64,000 nt of DNA, from positions 650,423 through 714,422 of the forward strand of contig NW_004797434.1 of NCBI RefSeq assembly GCF_000002075.1, in the 5' to 3' direction. Source of the stretch: Aplysia californica. Its lineage: Eukaryota. This document shows positions 38,291 through 51,278 of this stretch, one piece after another. Position 1 is the stretch's first letter. Each line of letters opens with the position of its first letter. The notes beneath the pieces were generated by a model. That model saw only the letters and a program-made list of their open reading frames with translations, searched no databases and was not told the DNA's origin. The translations under genes and the position numbers were made by a program.

Positions 38291-38724
38291 CTGAAACGTA
38301 CAACGATCAGAGATGTAAGAATCCAAACTAAAGAATAACAATAAAGGGAATTAATACAGCCCCTAACCACTAGAAGGCCCTCAGCACTGTACAATGCAGA
38401 ATTATCACTCACCTGATGAACTAGATGACAGAAAATGCATATTGTGAGACCATTTACCAACAAAAACACACACACAAACATATACACGCAAAACTCAATG
38501 ACTAACACACAAATAAAAATACAAAATTTACTGGCAGAGGATAGTGTTGTTTTAGGTTATTAACATTTTATTTTCCAGGCTGCTGAGATAATTCAAACTC
38601 ATGAAACCCATTGGGTCTTAATGTCCAACATGTTCATATTTTTTACCAATCACATTTGGTTAACATTAAGACATGATTTAAATGGCATACAGTATCCATT
38701 TGTGAAACTCAAACCAAAACTCAC

Positions 38725-38839
38725 TTAATGGACTCCTGAAAGTGGCCTTCTTCTAGCAGTTTATCTGCTTCATCAAGAATAAAGAGCCGAATACTGTTTG
38801 TCTTCAGAGCTCCAATCTCAATCAACTGTTTCACACGAC
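38725..38839 (-). CDS. DDX20: DDX20 exon 4 (DEAD box)
   Basis: Hand translation [38 protein letters not shown]; not in the ORF track; canonical AG/GT. Confidence 0.92.
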
Positions 38840-39433
38840 CTGCAAAGCAAAAAGCACTTTGATTTTTACAAAGTAATACACAAAAACATTGCAATATTCA
38901 TTTCGGATTTTAAAATTATTTCCATTTCAAGATATCAATTGATTTCTTTCAATATTCGAAAACTGGGGGGATTGCAGAAAAAAGAATATTTAAATCAGCA
39001 TCGAAGTTGTATCTGCTATCGTTTGTAAAGTACAGAAATGAAACTTGAAACCATGGGTTGTTGAACTGTAGTGTACAGCAAAAAGTCTTCTAATTGAGAT
39101 GCCACATTTCCTAAGGATGGAGACCCCCACCAGCCACATGCAAAGAGCACTTTTTTCTCCCAAGACATTACGATAACACTGTGCGAGCGAAACCTGTACT
39201 TCATTGGTAACATCTTAAATTTTTATGATAACAATGACCCTCGTCCAAAACATTGGATTAGGGACCTGGGTATTTTCATTGCTTTCCACTCACATGGCAT
39301 GGTGTTATCGGAGGTGGACGTAAAGTCAGACATTCCACCACATAAATAACTTATATATCACAGTTGAAAGAGGCATTAACTCCATACCTTGAACATTATG
39401 CATTATACCATCACTTCAGTCCAGCTGTCTTAC

Positions 39434-39602
39434 CTGGAGTGCCAACAGCAATGTGGCAGTTCTTGGCAAGAATCTTGTCCTGTAGGACAGGCATGCCTCC
39501 AATAAATGTATGGCACTTGAGCTGAGCCATGGTGGAGCCTATTGTGTTCACAACTGACTGGATCTGCTGAGCAATTTCTCGGGTAGGCGCCAAGACGAGT
39601 GT
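39434..39602 (-). CDS. DDX20: DDX20 exon 3 (motifs Ia, GG, Ib)
   Basis: [14 protein letters not shown]...FIGG...IAVGTP; canonical AG/GT. Confidence 0.93.
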
Positions 39603-41454
39603 CTAGAGAAAGATAATTGACAATAAAAGTTCTGGATACCTTCAAAGTTAGATTGTTGTCTTTTTTGACACTCCTGCATTAGTCAACACTACAGTCATCT
39701 GAAGTACAATTGATTGATATCAGTTCAACATATATAGCGGAACTGTGGTCTACCTGCGCTGAGCGAATGCCCGACTTAGGCACTGAAATCTAGATAAGAA
39801 AGAAGGTTTTATTCCGAGGTCCTTGAGATTAGGCAAGTCAATTAATAAAAATGCATTGCATCTGTGTTGTATTTAAGTGTAAGAACCGATATGATGCTGC
39901 AGTGGACCGAAGTGTTCACAGTTAAGTTGTTTTCCTTTTAAAAAATTTGAATGAAAGTGTTTTTATGCCCCCAGCAACACAATTTAGATCATTAACATTC
40001 AAAAGAGGCTGGCTCCAGCGCTACCTGCCAAGGCCAACCCAGGCTGAAAGGGATACAATACCCCAGCAGAAAGACCGAGATACTCAATTTTTAAAAAAGT
40101 ATTCTTATTCTTATATATATATATAATTATTATGTGTATATATATAATTATTGTGTGTGTATGTATACATATTATACATTTATATTGCTTTCCATTGTGT
40201 GTGCAAATTAGATGCTACTGTTGTCTAAATGTAGATATCTAGAGGCTCCATTAGAACAGGAAATCAATACTCAACAACAATAATGATGAATATTTTCTAT
40301 GTTAAAGAAACATCAAACCATATCAGATGAGGGGAGAGGGTAGGGTGGGGTGGATAAGAGTTTGAGTCTTGTTAGATAGAACTATACTCGGTTTAATTCT
40401 ATTGTTGTAGTCTTCACCTAAGATCCCACAATCAATACTTCCGGTTCAGTTAAGATTCTGCTGTTAAAAAATAAACCAAACAAAGCAACAACAAATTTTA
40501 ATATACAAGAGTCATCACTAAGATAAATTATCTCCCCCCCCCCCCCCCCCCCCCCGGAGTGTAATAAGGGACTAAAAACGCTGCTCTCCATATCATACTT
40601 TACTGAACAAAACAAAAAAAACCTTCAAAGGTCAGCCACGCTCATGCATGCGATCACACCTCCAAAGGTGCTGTTATCTCTTTTTAAAAAAAATATTTGA
40701 AATCATTGTGCGGTCCACTTTGTGAAAACCAGGAAACAAAATTATTGTAATCAATAATGTTATTATTTATAGACCAAGACATACTGTTAGCAATCAGAAA
40801 AAGCTGGCATTGACCCTCTGTTGTGTTCGCTATTCCTTACTCATAAAGTTAGTTATGGCACACGCCTAGAATCAAGCAATCATAATATCTTAAATTCAGT
40901 TTTAAAGTATATTTTTATCCATTTCTAATACTTAAATATTTTAGCATATTGAAAGATTATCTTTATAATTTGGTATGTTTGATAATTTTATGTTACTTGG
41001 ACAAGTTTACTTCTTATTTTACACATCTTTTTTTTATTTTTAAACTAGATTATAACATAAAACTCTGAAAGAATTGAACAGTCCGTATCACACACATAAT
41101 TTTTCTTTCTCCCTGTCATTATCCGTCAGTTGATCACAATCTCTCTCTCTCTCTCTTCTCTCTGTCTGTCTGTCTCTCTCTCTCCTTCTCTTTCTCTCTT
41201 TTATTTGATTTTTCCCATTCTCCTTCGTCCCTTCCCAAGGCCCGCCCCTCCTCTTTCATCCCTGCCCCATCCCCTCTTCCTTTCGTGCATTTCCCCACCC
41301 CCACAACGTGGCCCAGCCCGGTAAGATTCTATAAAAAGAAACGCCACAGTTCGAGATTTAGCCCACACTCGGCGGCCATATTTGATCCCCACCGCGGCGT
41401 ACTGCTCGTGGCGCCGCGAAGAGAGAGAGGAGGCTCCATTAGTTCTAAACTCCT

Positions 41455-41493
<39 letters not shown>

Positions 41494-41959
41494 TATATAT
41501 ATATGAATATTCTTAGTCTTATCCAAAGGTCAAATTGGAGAATTAAAAACAATAGCATGGTTTTAAATTCCTGAATGTATTGAGCAAACAATATCAACAA
41601 ACTACGAAAAAGCTTATTTTACCCTGCATAATAAATTGCAGATTTAAAGATAGAATAAAAGCTTGAACAAAGAATCACTTACATTACAACAAAGGTTTAT
41701 CATAAATGGAACTCAGGTTGTCATTAAAACATGAATTGTCTGTGAAAGAGCATTCAGGAAGCTGTAGGGTTTACTTAGGGAATACTGAATATTGGAAGAA
41801 AACATCACTACTGGTTCTATAGTACACTCATGAATAATTAGCAATTTATATCAACACTGTAATTAAACGGTTCATTATAAACAGGGAAAGTGTTGTAAGA
41901 AGTCTCCATTATCACCAACTGCCAACATTTTTTCCTGTACACTAGCTGACACCTCTTAC

Positions 41960-42054
41960 CTGTACACAAGCTGTAGTCGAGTCTATACTCTCCAAGGCAA
42001 CAACTGTGAACACACAGGTCTTTCCAGTACCAGACTTCGCCTGAACAATTAGGT
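41960..42054 (-). CDS. DDX20: DDX20 exon 2 (motif I)
   Basis: [16 protein letters not shown]; CAG acceptor, CAG|GTAAGA donor, phases fit. Confidence 0.93.
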
Positions 42055-42435
42055 CTGTAGGGATTGTAAATTTTTGTGTGGTTTTAGTAAGTTTTATGGC
42101 ACTTGCAGGATCATAAAAATGCAATGCATGAACTTGATAAGCAAGCAAAAATAAAACAATATAAAGCTTAATCTGTAAATTAGGTTTACCCAGTACTAAT
42201 CCACGTGCACAGCAGAACTTGAACTAAGGACTCACCAATATACCTTCAAAAAAGAGGAGAGTTGTTCTCATTTTACAGGGGACATATAATTAGGCTACTT
42301 TAGTAAGTTTTTGGCCAAGATATTCTGTCCATGCATGTCCATAATTACTTTTAACTGTTGTACCATTCATTTTCTTTATGAGAGAGCAATGGAGAAAGGT
42401 GATTGGGAGACCTGCAGCCAGGAGCAGGGCTGGTG

Positions 42436-42922
42436 TTTTTTTGTTTTGTTTTGGTAAGTGTTTTACGGCGCTCGCAACCGCATAAGGTCATATGAACACG
42501 CAGGACACACTAAATATTTTCAGTTTGGGAATTAATTTTGAATTTTGCCTGGTGGGTGGTGGCCTTAGCCTATATTTTAGACCACCAAAGGATCATTAAG
42601 GTGAGCAGCTTGCACACGGGATCTCCGAGATTTTTTGCCCTTATCCGAGAAGGCTAGGTTTTAAATCTTACCTACCTTAAGATAGGTGTGTGGCTGAAAG
42701 ACAGCAGTAAGAAGGAGCCAAAGAATAGCAGTAAAAAGGCTGCAGAAAGAGTCAGAAGCCCAGAAGAGTGGCAGAAAGTGGAAGCGAAAGCAGAAGACTG
42801 AACATGACTAGAGAACAGGAAAAGAGGTGAAAGGAGAAAATTTTCCATCGCTGTCAGGTTTTGAACCTGGGACCTATTGAATGAGAGGCGAACATCGCAA
42901 CTTCTAGATTACGAGAGCCCCC
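42436..42922 (-). mobile_element. SINE family B copy
   Basis: Full length; TSD AGGGCTGGTG. Confidence 0.85.
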
Positions 42923-43654
42923 AGGGCTGGTGAGGGGGACCATTGATTTGAATACAAATTGTAGGCCTGCACACATTTCCCAGCCGGTGATCTAAAAAGT
43001 AATATCCCTCCATCAGTATAGATATATATATACTATTAATACAGAGTACTAACAGCCAAACATATTTGCCTCCCATACAGGGCAGATCGTTAAGAATTTC
43101 CCTCTTTTAGTCTATCAAGATCTACTACATTTTCAAAATAAGTAATAAAAGCCTGCTTCAAAGCAATGCCATGGACGTATCCAGCAACAGAAAAAAGATG
43201 TCAAAATAAAATACACACATTAATACGGAAGGACATCCGAAATGAGTGACCACCCCAACAAACAAAATAAAGAAGAGACCTGGCTAACCCTATCTCTACC
43301 CCTCTATTAAAGGCTACTCTGTGTAGTCATAGTGGTCGCATTTGAAGTCCTCCCCTAAAATACGGTCCAAACTATCCAGGACGACCACCCACTGATAGTT
43401 GCCCCGCAGTTGACAACCCATGAGATCTAGCAAAGAAGAAAAAGATGCAATGAATTAAATAGAATATGTGGCCGTTGTTACGGTTGTTAGACAGTTAGAG
43501 CAGGTTCCACTACACCTGGCAGGCATTTAAAAAAATTTAAGTACTTGCCTACTTACTTTAATATGATAAAGTTTATGATGAAGTGAAGCATTGCATGCAC
43601 TACATTTTTTACTCTGATCATTCCCGCCTTTTTTTCTTTTCTTTTGGCACTTTT

Positions 43655-44298
43655 TGGTAAGTGTTTTATTACGGTACTCTCAACTGCATAGGTCATATGA
43701 ACGTGCCACATTCAACTTTTTCAGTTGGTATAAAATTTTGAATTTTGCCCGGGAGGCACCGAAAGCTACTCTTGTCTTATTATTAGAAAAGTCTTATCGA
43801 CTTTTGGACCACCATGGGATCTTTAACATGTGTCGATGATGTGTGCAACTGGACTTGCACGCGGGACCTCCAAGATTTTTTCCCCTTGTCCGAAAACACT
43901 AGGTGTAGGTGTAGATCTTTCCTACCACAAGATCAGGGGTGTGGCTGAAAGACAGCAGTAAGAAGGAGCCATGAAGTAGCAGTAGAAAGGCTGCAGAAAG
44001 AGTCAGGGGCGCAGAGGTGGGGGGCAAAGAAGGTGAGGCACCGTGAGCCGTGAGGTGGTGGGGGCAAAGAAGGTGAGGCACCGTGAGGGGGTGGGGGCAG
44101 AAAGTGGAGATGAAAGCAGACCACAGAATATTGTTAGAGAGCAGGAAATGATGTAGACCTAAAGAAGAACATTTTAGAGAAGAACATTTTCGGTGGCTAG
44201 AGTCTATCTGGCTGGATTCGAATCCGGGATCTATTCCTGTTGCATGGGCATGAGAGTGAGAGGCGAACACCACCTCTAGGCCAGGATGAGAGCCCCCC
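43655..44298 (-). mobile_element. SINE family B copy in DDX20 intron 1, with internal duplications
   Basis: Homologous to 58626-59163; duplicated GAGGTGG..GGGGCAAAGAAGGTGAGGCACCGTGAG unit. Confidence 0.8.
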
Positions 44299-44389
44299 CC
44301 CCTCTCACTCCCATATCCATAACCTGTCATAGAAGTAGAAAAGCACAGCACCCCTTCATCCAGCCTCAAAATGAACAGGCCCTTCTTAC

Positions 44390-44570
44390 CTAAGCCACAA
44401 CGTCCAAGCGGAATGGCTTTTAGTTGTATAGGAGAGGGCATTTCAAACCCGGCATTGTTGAGTCCTTCCAGCACGGGCTTCGATAACAGAAGTCCCGCGA
44501 AGTCAACGGACTCTGTAATAAGTACATCATGGGTGCGTTCTTTTTCCTTTAAACGATGAGCTACAGACAT
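44390..44570 (-). CDS. DDX20: DDX20/Gemin3 DEAD-box helicase coding exon 1 of 10; full CDS 5988 nt, about 1995 aa
   Basis: MSVAHRL...RTHDV...[32 protein letters not shown] (Q motif, DDX20-specific context); donor G|GTAAGA. Confidence 0.93.
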
Positions 44571-45154
44571 TTTTCGTGATTATTTGCTTCTGTCACGTCA
44601 CAAACATCAATGAAAAGCACCGCAAACATCACTGTGCGAGATCGTACATTATTGTCAGATTCGGCAGATGGACGTGCGTCTTGCGTTTCCTCAGTCAATC
44701 AAAGGAACCAGTAAGAAGAGTTCGTTCTTTCGTTTTGCGTCTTTCAAGCTAATCACATTTTGTTGCTGTATGCTTGATTTTATTTATCCCGTCATTTGAT
44801 CATTTCGAACAATACGCCATCCTTTATCATCCTTTCAACAGCTCATTTAAAAAAAAAAGGAGTGACTTATGAAAAAGAATTAAGATAAAGTTTCATTACA
44901 CTGACCATAAGGGCAATATATTAGGCTATCAGACTGGACGAATAGAGTAACGTTTACTTAATTATAAAACTGTCAGCTGAAAACAGAGATAATAGGTCAA
45001 AAGTCATTGCTCATGCGCAGCAAGGTACCGGCCATGTTGACAACAAATAAATGACACCTCGCATCAAAGTTACGAATAATTGTATCTCTGCAAACTATGG
45101 CCTTTAGATTGTAAACTGAAATGTTTTAGAAAATTGATTGTCCATATAGTGCCA
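44571..45154. promoter_or_regulatory. Bidirectional promoter region DDX20 / TBC1D22
   Basis: Start codons 584 bp apart, head-to-head; CRE-like TCACGTCAC at about 44593, NRF1-like TGCTCATGCGCA at about 45008, YY1-like GGCCATGTTG at about 45030. Confidence 0.7.
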
Positions 45155-45231
45155 ATGGCATCTCTGAGCTCAGGGTCAGCTAGAGAGAGCAAGGCTGGGT
45201 TTTGGAAAAAGAACACCAGTGTTCCCGGAAG
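45155..45231 (+). CDS. TBC1D22: TBC1D22 (A/B-like Rab-GAP) coding exon 1; gene continues past the window end
   Basis: MASLSSGSARESKAGFWKKNTSVPG matches the family N-terminus (FWKR...PGS); donor AG|GTGCGT, phase 2. Confidence 0.85.
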
Positions 45232-45653
45232 GTGCGTCCTAATTGTGGCTGTGTGTGTGTGTAATGTCGTGTGTAGTCGACCCGACTCGTTAGACAGGTT
45301 GTAAGCCCTTTAAATTGTAAACGTGTTGAGTAATTGTTACACATGTCCTTGAACTCCCATTAACTAATACATTTCCACCCACCTGAAGTCCATTCTAATT
45401 ATGTGGATAAGCCCCTCATCATCATAGCACAGGGAAGGGTCCCGTCACCACTCATTTCCCTCTTCACCACCACCAGTCAATTAAAGCAATTTGAAAGCTT
45501 TGAAATTTTTATCCAAGTGCCTAACCAGTGTCCACAGCCTTGGGTCCCTCCCCTAGCCTCCTCAGCCTCAGCTACTGAATGTCTAGATCTAAATCTATAT
45601 TCTAGATCTAATTGAGTTGCTGGCCTTAAAAACATGTTTTTAACGAAGTAATG

Positions 45654-48600
45654 CAGTTGTTGGGCGCAATCTTTCGATTTGCGCGATCCATCGACCGCGC
45701 AGCGCATTTGGTTGATCGAGGAAATGCGCGACAATCCATCGATTGTCGCGCATTCTGTTGATCGGCGGATCACGCTGTGCTTATTGTCGATCCATGAAAT
45801 ATATAGGCCTACTTACTGCGCATTCTGTCGATATACTATGATGATGAGGTGAATAAAAAAACGAAGTGTATACAGACCCGGTAACCGGGAACAAAGATAC
45901 GAAGTATACAGACCCGGTAGGGGAACTCTTTTGTATTGTCGGAACGTTTCAGCGCCCAGACCCGTGTGTGTGGGGGTGTATGTGTGAGAGAGCAAGAGAG
46001 AGAGCAGGGGGAAGTGCTAGCTAAATGTATGACATGCCCCAGTTGACAGGAGGGAACGAGAGAAAGATAGAGTGGGAAATTAAATAGGTGTGGAGAAAGA
46101 AAGACAGAGACAAACAAAGAAAAAGAGAATGCGAGCGATATACAGAGGAGAGAGAGAGACAGAGAGAGAGAGAGAGGATGACTGCTCGATTGAAATTATG
46201 ACATTGTTCTTTTCTTCAAATTGTGATTCCTCCAACTCCAAAAATGCAGGAAAAACGATCGTTCATCGAAAAGACATCCGCAATCTTCATTTAGATCTAG
46301 CTAGGCTAACCTCGAAACTAGATCAATGATTTATGTCTGTCTAGATCTAGATCTAGACCTAGACCATAGATCAAGAAGAACCTAGGTCTACCCTGAGCCA
46401 AGTGGGCGCTGAAACTTTCCGAAATCACTAAAGAGTTCCTCTGTATACTTTGTGACTTTGTTCCCGGTTACCGGGTCTGTATACACTCCCATAAAAAGAC
46501 CAAGAAAATTGGTTTACTGAGCACGTCAGTCTTTGAGTTTGAGCATCCAAGAAGAGTTGTGTGATGAATTTTAAGTGTTGACGGTTGAGTGAGGCAGATA
46601 AATTGACACGACGTTAAATCGAACACTTGCACTCAGTATTTGGACGGATGTGATTGGCTGCGTACTTCACGTGGTATTCCAAATACGGTCAAGATTTAAT
46701 GGCTTGTGATAAATTGTTGGGTGTTGATTAAACATTTATTATACAAGTATTGTTTTCTTTATTGTTTCCTTGAACAAGAGCACCTCGAGCACAACCAACC
46801 TCTCCATATTGAATAAGTGTTCGGAGTGATACTCACCGACCTATAAGTATAGGCCTAACCCTGATTGCACTCTCATTAGATCTACTTTTCTTCTTCTTCT
46901 TCCCCGTTCTCGATTAGATCTACCCAATAACAGTGTCTAAGTACACGCTAACCGACAACTCAGGGTCTTTCCACCACCACTACAGCATCATCATTACTTC
47001 CACCACCATTTGTCTTTCCACATGTTTAATTTGATTTTGTTGAGTATTGAGTTTTTCTGTAATTTAAAAAAAAAATCACATAGCACAAAACCGACAGCCA
47101 TGGCCCCTTCCCAACACCTCTTCCCCCATGAGCCGAGAGTGTGATCGCTACGCGCAGACTCATTGGTCGAAACAATTAACTTTGCCCCCGGCAAGGTCAG
47201 CTCAACTTAGTTTTGTTCATACTAATGACGATCGACGCAGGGAGGGCCAGTTTAGATAGATCTAGTAATAGGTACCAGAAACTAAATTTTCAAAGTAGTT
47301 GTATGCCAAATTTATCAGTTCCATTTGAAAGGCCTATATCCACTGAGCATTTTGGTACCATTCTTTAACCTCTCAGTCAATTTTTAAGAAAATGGTAGTT
47401 GTTTAAAATTTGATCAAATTTGTTAAAGTCAGTCACTGGCTGCAACCCCATGTTTGACAGACAATAAAAGAGTAACAAGAGCACTAAACATCTCCACATT
47501 AACAGAGTGCAATCACTATAACAAATATATGGAGCCTAATTTTTTTCAAGACTGTGAGATCATTACAAATCAGTACTTTATCGCCTCAAACACGATGATC
47601 TGTCGTTATTTCGATAAAAACACAGTCAGAACGTTGACCCGGCCGGCGCCGCACCGGGCCCGTAGCGAGCGAGTCGGCTCTATACTGTAGTCTACCCCGC
47701 GTGCGGGGTCACATGCTTTTTGAGTCTCGCGGAAGGATTGATAAAAAATAATTCCAAGCTGATTACTTTATTCTAATAGAAAATAAACTGATCTTTTATT
47801 AGATATATTTTTTAAGCCGGTATTTTACATATTATGGGTAAAAAGTGATCTTTAAACATTTTGACAGTATTTTTAAAAGCTTTCTATTTAGACGCCAAAA
47901 GCAAAACACATACCACGGGAAAGCCCGTTTAAAGCTCTACAGTTCTCTGCCAATGAAAAGACGGTATTTAATCATTCCTCGTTCCGCGAAGCATCTGAAT
48001 GCACCCGTGTCAATTTTTTAACCGGCCGACCACGCATTCCGACCGTGAGGGGCTTCGCTTTCGTCGGCGATTCTCCAGCTCCTACTAATCGGACATAAAA
48101 ACAACTTACACCTTTGTAACGAAGAAAAGCTGAACTTTTACAAGGTGTACGGCACTTGGTGTTTTATAGCGAAAGAGCAAAGAAACAGCGATCGGAATTA
48201 CCTCGATTTCACCGATACCACGCGGTCGGAAGGCCGCGAGTGCCTGCGAGGCCGTGTTTACGCTACCTACTAGTAACTGGATATTAAAGCTCACGTCTCA
48301 ATTGTTATCGATATAATCGAAAAAAATTGTTAATAAATGCTGGAAATATTTAGAAACAAGGGTCGGAAGTCAGAACGGACATCATACTGGATTCAAATCA
48401 CCGAATATAATTTTTGTCTATTCGGACTCGAATTGTCACTTCGATTAGTTCGTTATTGTAACCCTGACTTCCAGTTTCTTCCCCATTCAGTTTCAGTTTG
48501 ACTTTGGAGAGTGAAACTAAATTACACACTGGACGACATCAAAACATCACAAAATTCAGGGGTAAGATCTATAGAATGCGCAACAATCGATGGATTGTTG

Positions 48601-48674
48601 CGCGTTTCCTCGATCAACCAAATGCGCTGCGCGGTCGATGAATCGCGCAAATCGACAGATCGCGCCCAACACAG
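45654..48674. mobile_element. About 3-kb non-autonomous TIR element (CAG-start, hAT-like) in TBC1D22 intron 1
   Basis: About 100-bp inverted repeats at 45654-45756 and 48573-48674; no target-site duplication or transposase seen. Confidence 0.6.
45862..46490. mobile_element. Mutator-like MITE nested in the 3-kb element
   Basis: TIR AGTGTATACAGACCCGGTAACCGGGAACAAAG; flanked by 9-bp ATAAAAAAA / ATAAAAAGA duplication. Confidence 0.7.
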
Positions 48675-48759
48675 TCATCAGAACTGATAGATCTAGATCT
48701 AGATTTAGTTTTTTTTTGTGTTACCCAGCTTACTGTTGCCAGTTCAGTAAAGAAAGGGA

Positions 48760-49512
48760 AGTGGCTATTCTCACCTTGGGTGAGAACCAAAAGATATGAT
48801 CGACCTCTCACCCCGAATGAGAATAAAAAAATACGATCGACCTCCCACCCCGGGTGAGACTTGCCAGCGTTGGCTATTCTCACCCGCTGTGAAACAAGAC
48901 TTGTTTTTCCTAACTTCTGAATACTCTCCATCGGTGTGGATGATCAAATTGACAAAGACAAAGAAAAAAAATGATGTTATAGCTCAACAACAGTAAACTA
49001 AATTGGTTGTCTACAAAGATGCTATGGCTATTTCATTTCACGAATCGAGCCGAATTACGCATGTCGCCATTTTGTTTTTGCCTGGAAGTTCTCGCTAGGC
49101 CTACTCCTCCTCTCTCACTCTCTTTCTATCTCTCTCTCTCTTTCTGCAGACCGTCTATCGGTGTTGACAACCAAATTGACAAAAACAAAGAAAAAAATGA
49201 TGTTATAGTGAGCACAAAAGTAAATTAATTTGGTTGTCTACAAAGATGCTATGTGCTATGGCTATGTCACTTTTCAAATTGAGTCGAACTACACAGGTCT
49301 CCATTTTGTTTTGCCTGGAAGTTCTCGCCACTCTTCTTCTCTCTCTTTCTCTCTCACTGCTCGCAGACAAAATTGCATTGTTTCAAATCAAGAGCGCTGG
49401 GACGTTTGTTCAGTGGTTCACGGTGAACCCTACACTGGTTGGCCTATCACGGTGAACGCACACCGGGTGAGAATAGCCAAAAGGCTCACCCGGGGTGAGA
49501 ATAGAGGCGGTC
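48760..49512 (+). mobile_element. Second, partial copy of the foldback element, with a tandemly duplicated arm
   Basis: Arm sequence ATTGACAAA..AAAGAAAAAAATGATGTTATAG... at about 48948 and about 49175; CTCACCCGGGGTGAGAATAG motifs. Confidence 0.75.
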
Positions 49513-50538
49513 TAAAGAAAGTGGTGATGGGGGGATGGTAAATTTTTACTTTCACTTCCACTCACAGATGTACTGCTTTGGGGGGTCAAACTGCAGTTAT
49601 GTTTGCTGCAGATCACTCATAAAGCCACTAAAACTTTCACAATTAATTATTTTCAAGAAAATTTCAAACCTAATTGCAAAAATATCAAATTATGAGTTGA
49701 AACGGGTGCATGCCCCCCTGTAACCCCCCAGATTTTTTTAGGAAGTGATTATTCTTACCCCAAGCATGTCTCGCTATTCTCACCCCCTCGTTTTACCGGA
49801 AATGACCCTAAAGTGATCAGGGCTGAGGTTAGCGGGCATGACCCAAGGTTGGGGGGGGGGGGTCAGGGCTAATGCTCCACAGCAACATGTTCGTCACTGT
49901 TCGTGTCCGAATAGTCACAGTCAGGGTTGTTAGTTTGGAGCCAAATCCCAGAAATTTGGCTCATTTGGGTTGTGTCTGGCCGGAGAATTTCATTTGACTC
50001 TCTGGCTCTTTTATTTTGTCTGCAGCCAAAAATATACTGCAGTTTGATCCCCAAAGCAGTGCAGCTGTGTGTGGGAGTGAAAGTAAAAATTAACCCAAGA
50101 TTCTCCTTTATTATTGTTATTGTGCATTCAAAGAAATTTATGGGGCTTGTTGTAAAAATGACTAGCATTGATTTATAAAAGCATTTAAAAATAGAACTTT
50201 CTTAATTTTTGTGTTGCAATAAAGGTACAAAAAGATGAAAATTTATTTGGACTTTCGATTCAAAGGGACTCTCATCAGCCTAAAATTCAACTGAAATTGG
50301 TTCAGGAATTCTATCAAGGACTATATGCAGTTGTTTATTTGAATGTGTTTTTTTTTTCACTTTTGGGTTTTTGGTACAAGATCCTTGAATTATTATATTA
50401 AGCTATTAAGTCAAGGTTTGAAATGTGAACTGATTATTTTGGTGCCAGTCCAGATGATTAATTACATTTTCTTTTAGAGAAGAAAATTGTGACTGATAGT
50501 TACTTATAACTTCTAATTGTAGTCTGCTTATTTTTCAG

Positions 50539-50592
50539 TATCAAACCAGTGTATGGGGCTCAGCATCCTCCTCCACAAACTGACATCACGTC
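50539..50592 (+). CDS. TBC1D22: TBC1D22 exon 2
   Basis: Hand translation SIKPVYGAQHPPPQTDIT (conserved VYGAQHPP); TTTTTCAG acceptor, GTAAGT donor. Confidence 0.9.
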
Positions 50593-51021
50593 GTAAGTTT
50601 CAATCGATCCCAACACCACAATGGCTTTTCTCTGTTGCCACTTCATATTGTTATATTCAAGCACTTACACTCTAAAGCTTATGTCCTGTTCTCATTCTCA
50701 GGAATTTCAGTTTTTCTTTCCGAGCATTTATCTACATCACATTGTGTATCAGAAATTAAGGCTTTGCTGCAAGTTATAACTTTCTATTTTCAGAATGGAC
50801 TGGCTCCACAAGAAGTGCCACTTGTATGCTGCAAAAAAATTGAGTTTGGAATAATTAAAATTAATGTGTGAGTTGTTCAGTGGTGTGTCTGGGGGAGGGG
50901 GGGGGGGTAGAAGAAGGGGGTACTACATTTTTAGTTTTGAAACTTTCCTGATACTTTTTCTTTCTGCATTTTGGCATCCCTTGAATTTTAGTCAAATTGT
51001 CATGGTCTTGTACTTTTGCAG

Positions 51022-51278
51022 ACCTGGTTGGCCAGTGAAGAAAGATGACAAGGGAAAGAGCGGTAAACGAGACCCGTTCCACGATTTTGAGAACAAGACC
51101 TCTGATGCCTGGGACGATGGCGACGATGACCTCATTCAGATGGCCAGTCTCAAGATGTCGCTACGAGATGTGCAGACGTCGGCCAAGGTGGTCCTAGACA
51201 ATCATAGCAAGAGAGCAAATTCCCAGCAGCAGCAACATCCTGTGAGGGGATCTTCATCTGCGAACTCTGTACATACAG
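51022..51278 (+). CDS. TBC1D22: TBC1D22 exon 3
   Basis: FHDFENKTSDAWDDGDDD and VLDNHS motifs; canonical sites. Confidence 0.9.

Noticed and set aside
39713-39920. Possible solo LTR (TG...AATAAA...CA on the minus strand)
   Set aside because: No target-site duplication found and no second copy in the window
43899-44389. C-terminal part of the 223-aa ORF 43899-44570
   Set aside because: Read-through past the exon 1 donor into an intronic SINE; DDX20 similarity stops at 44390
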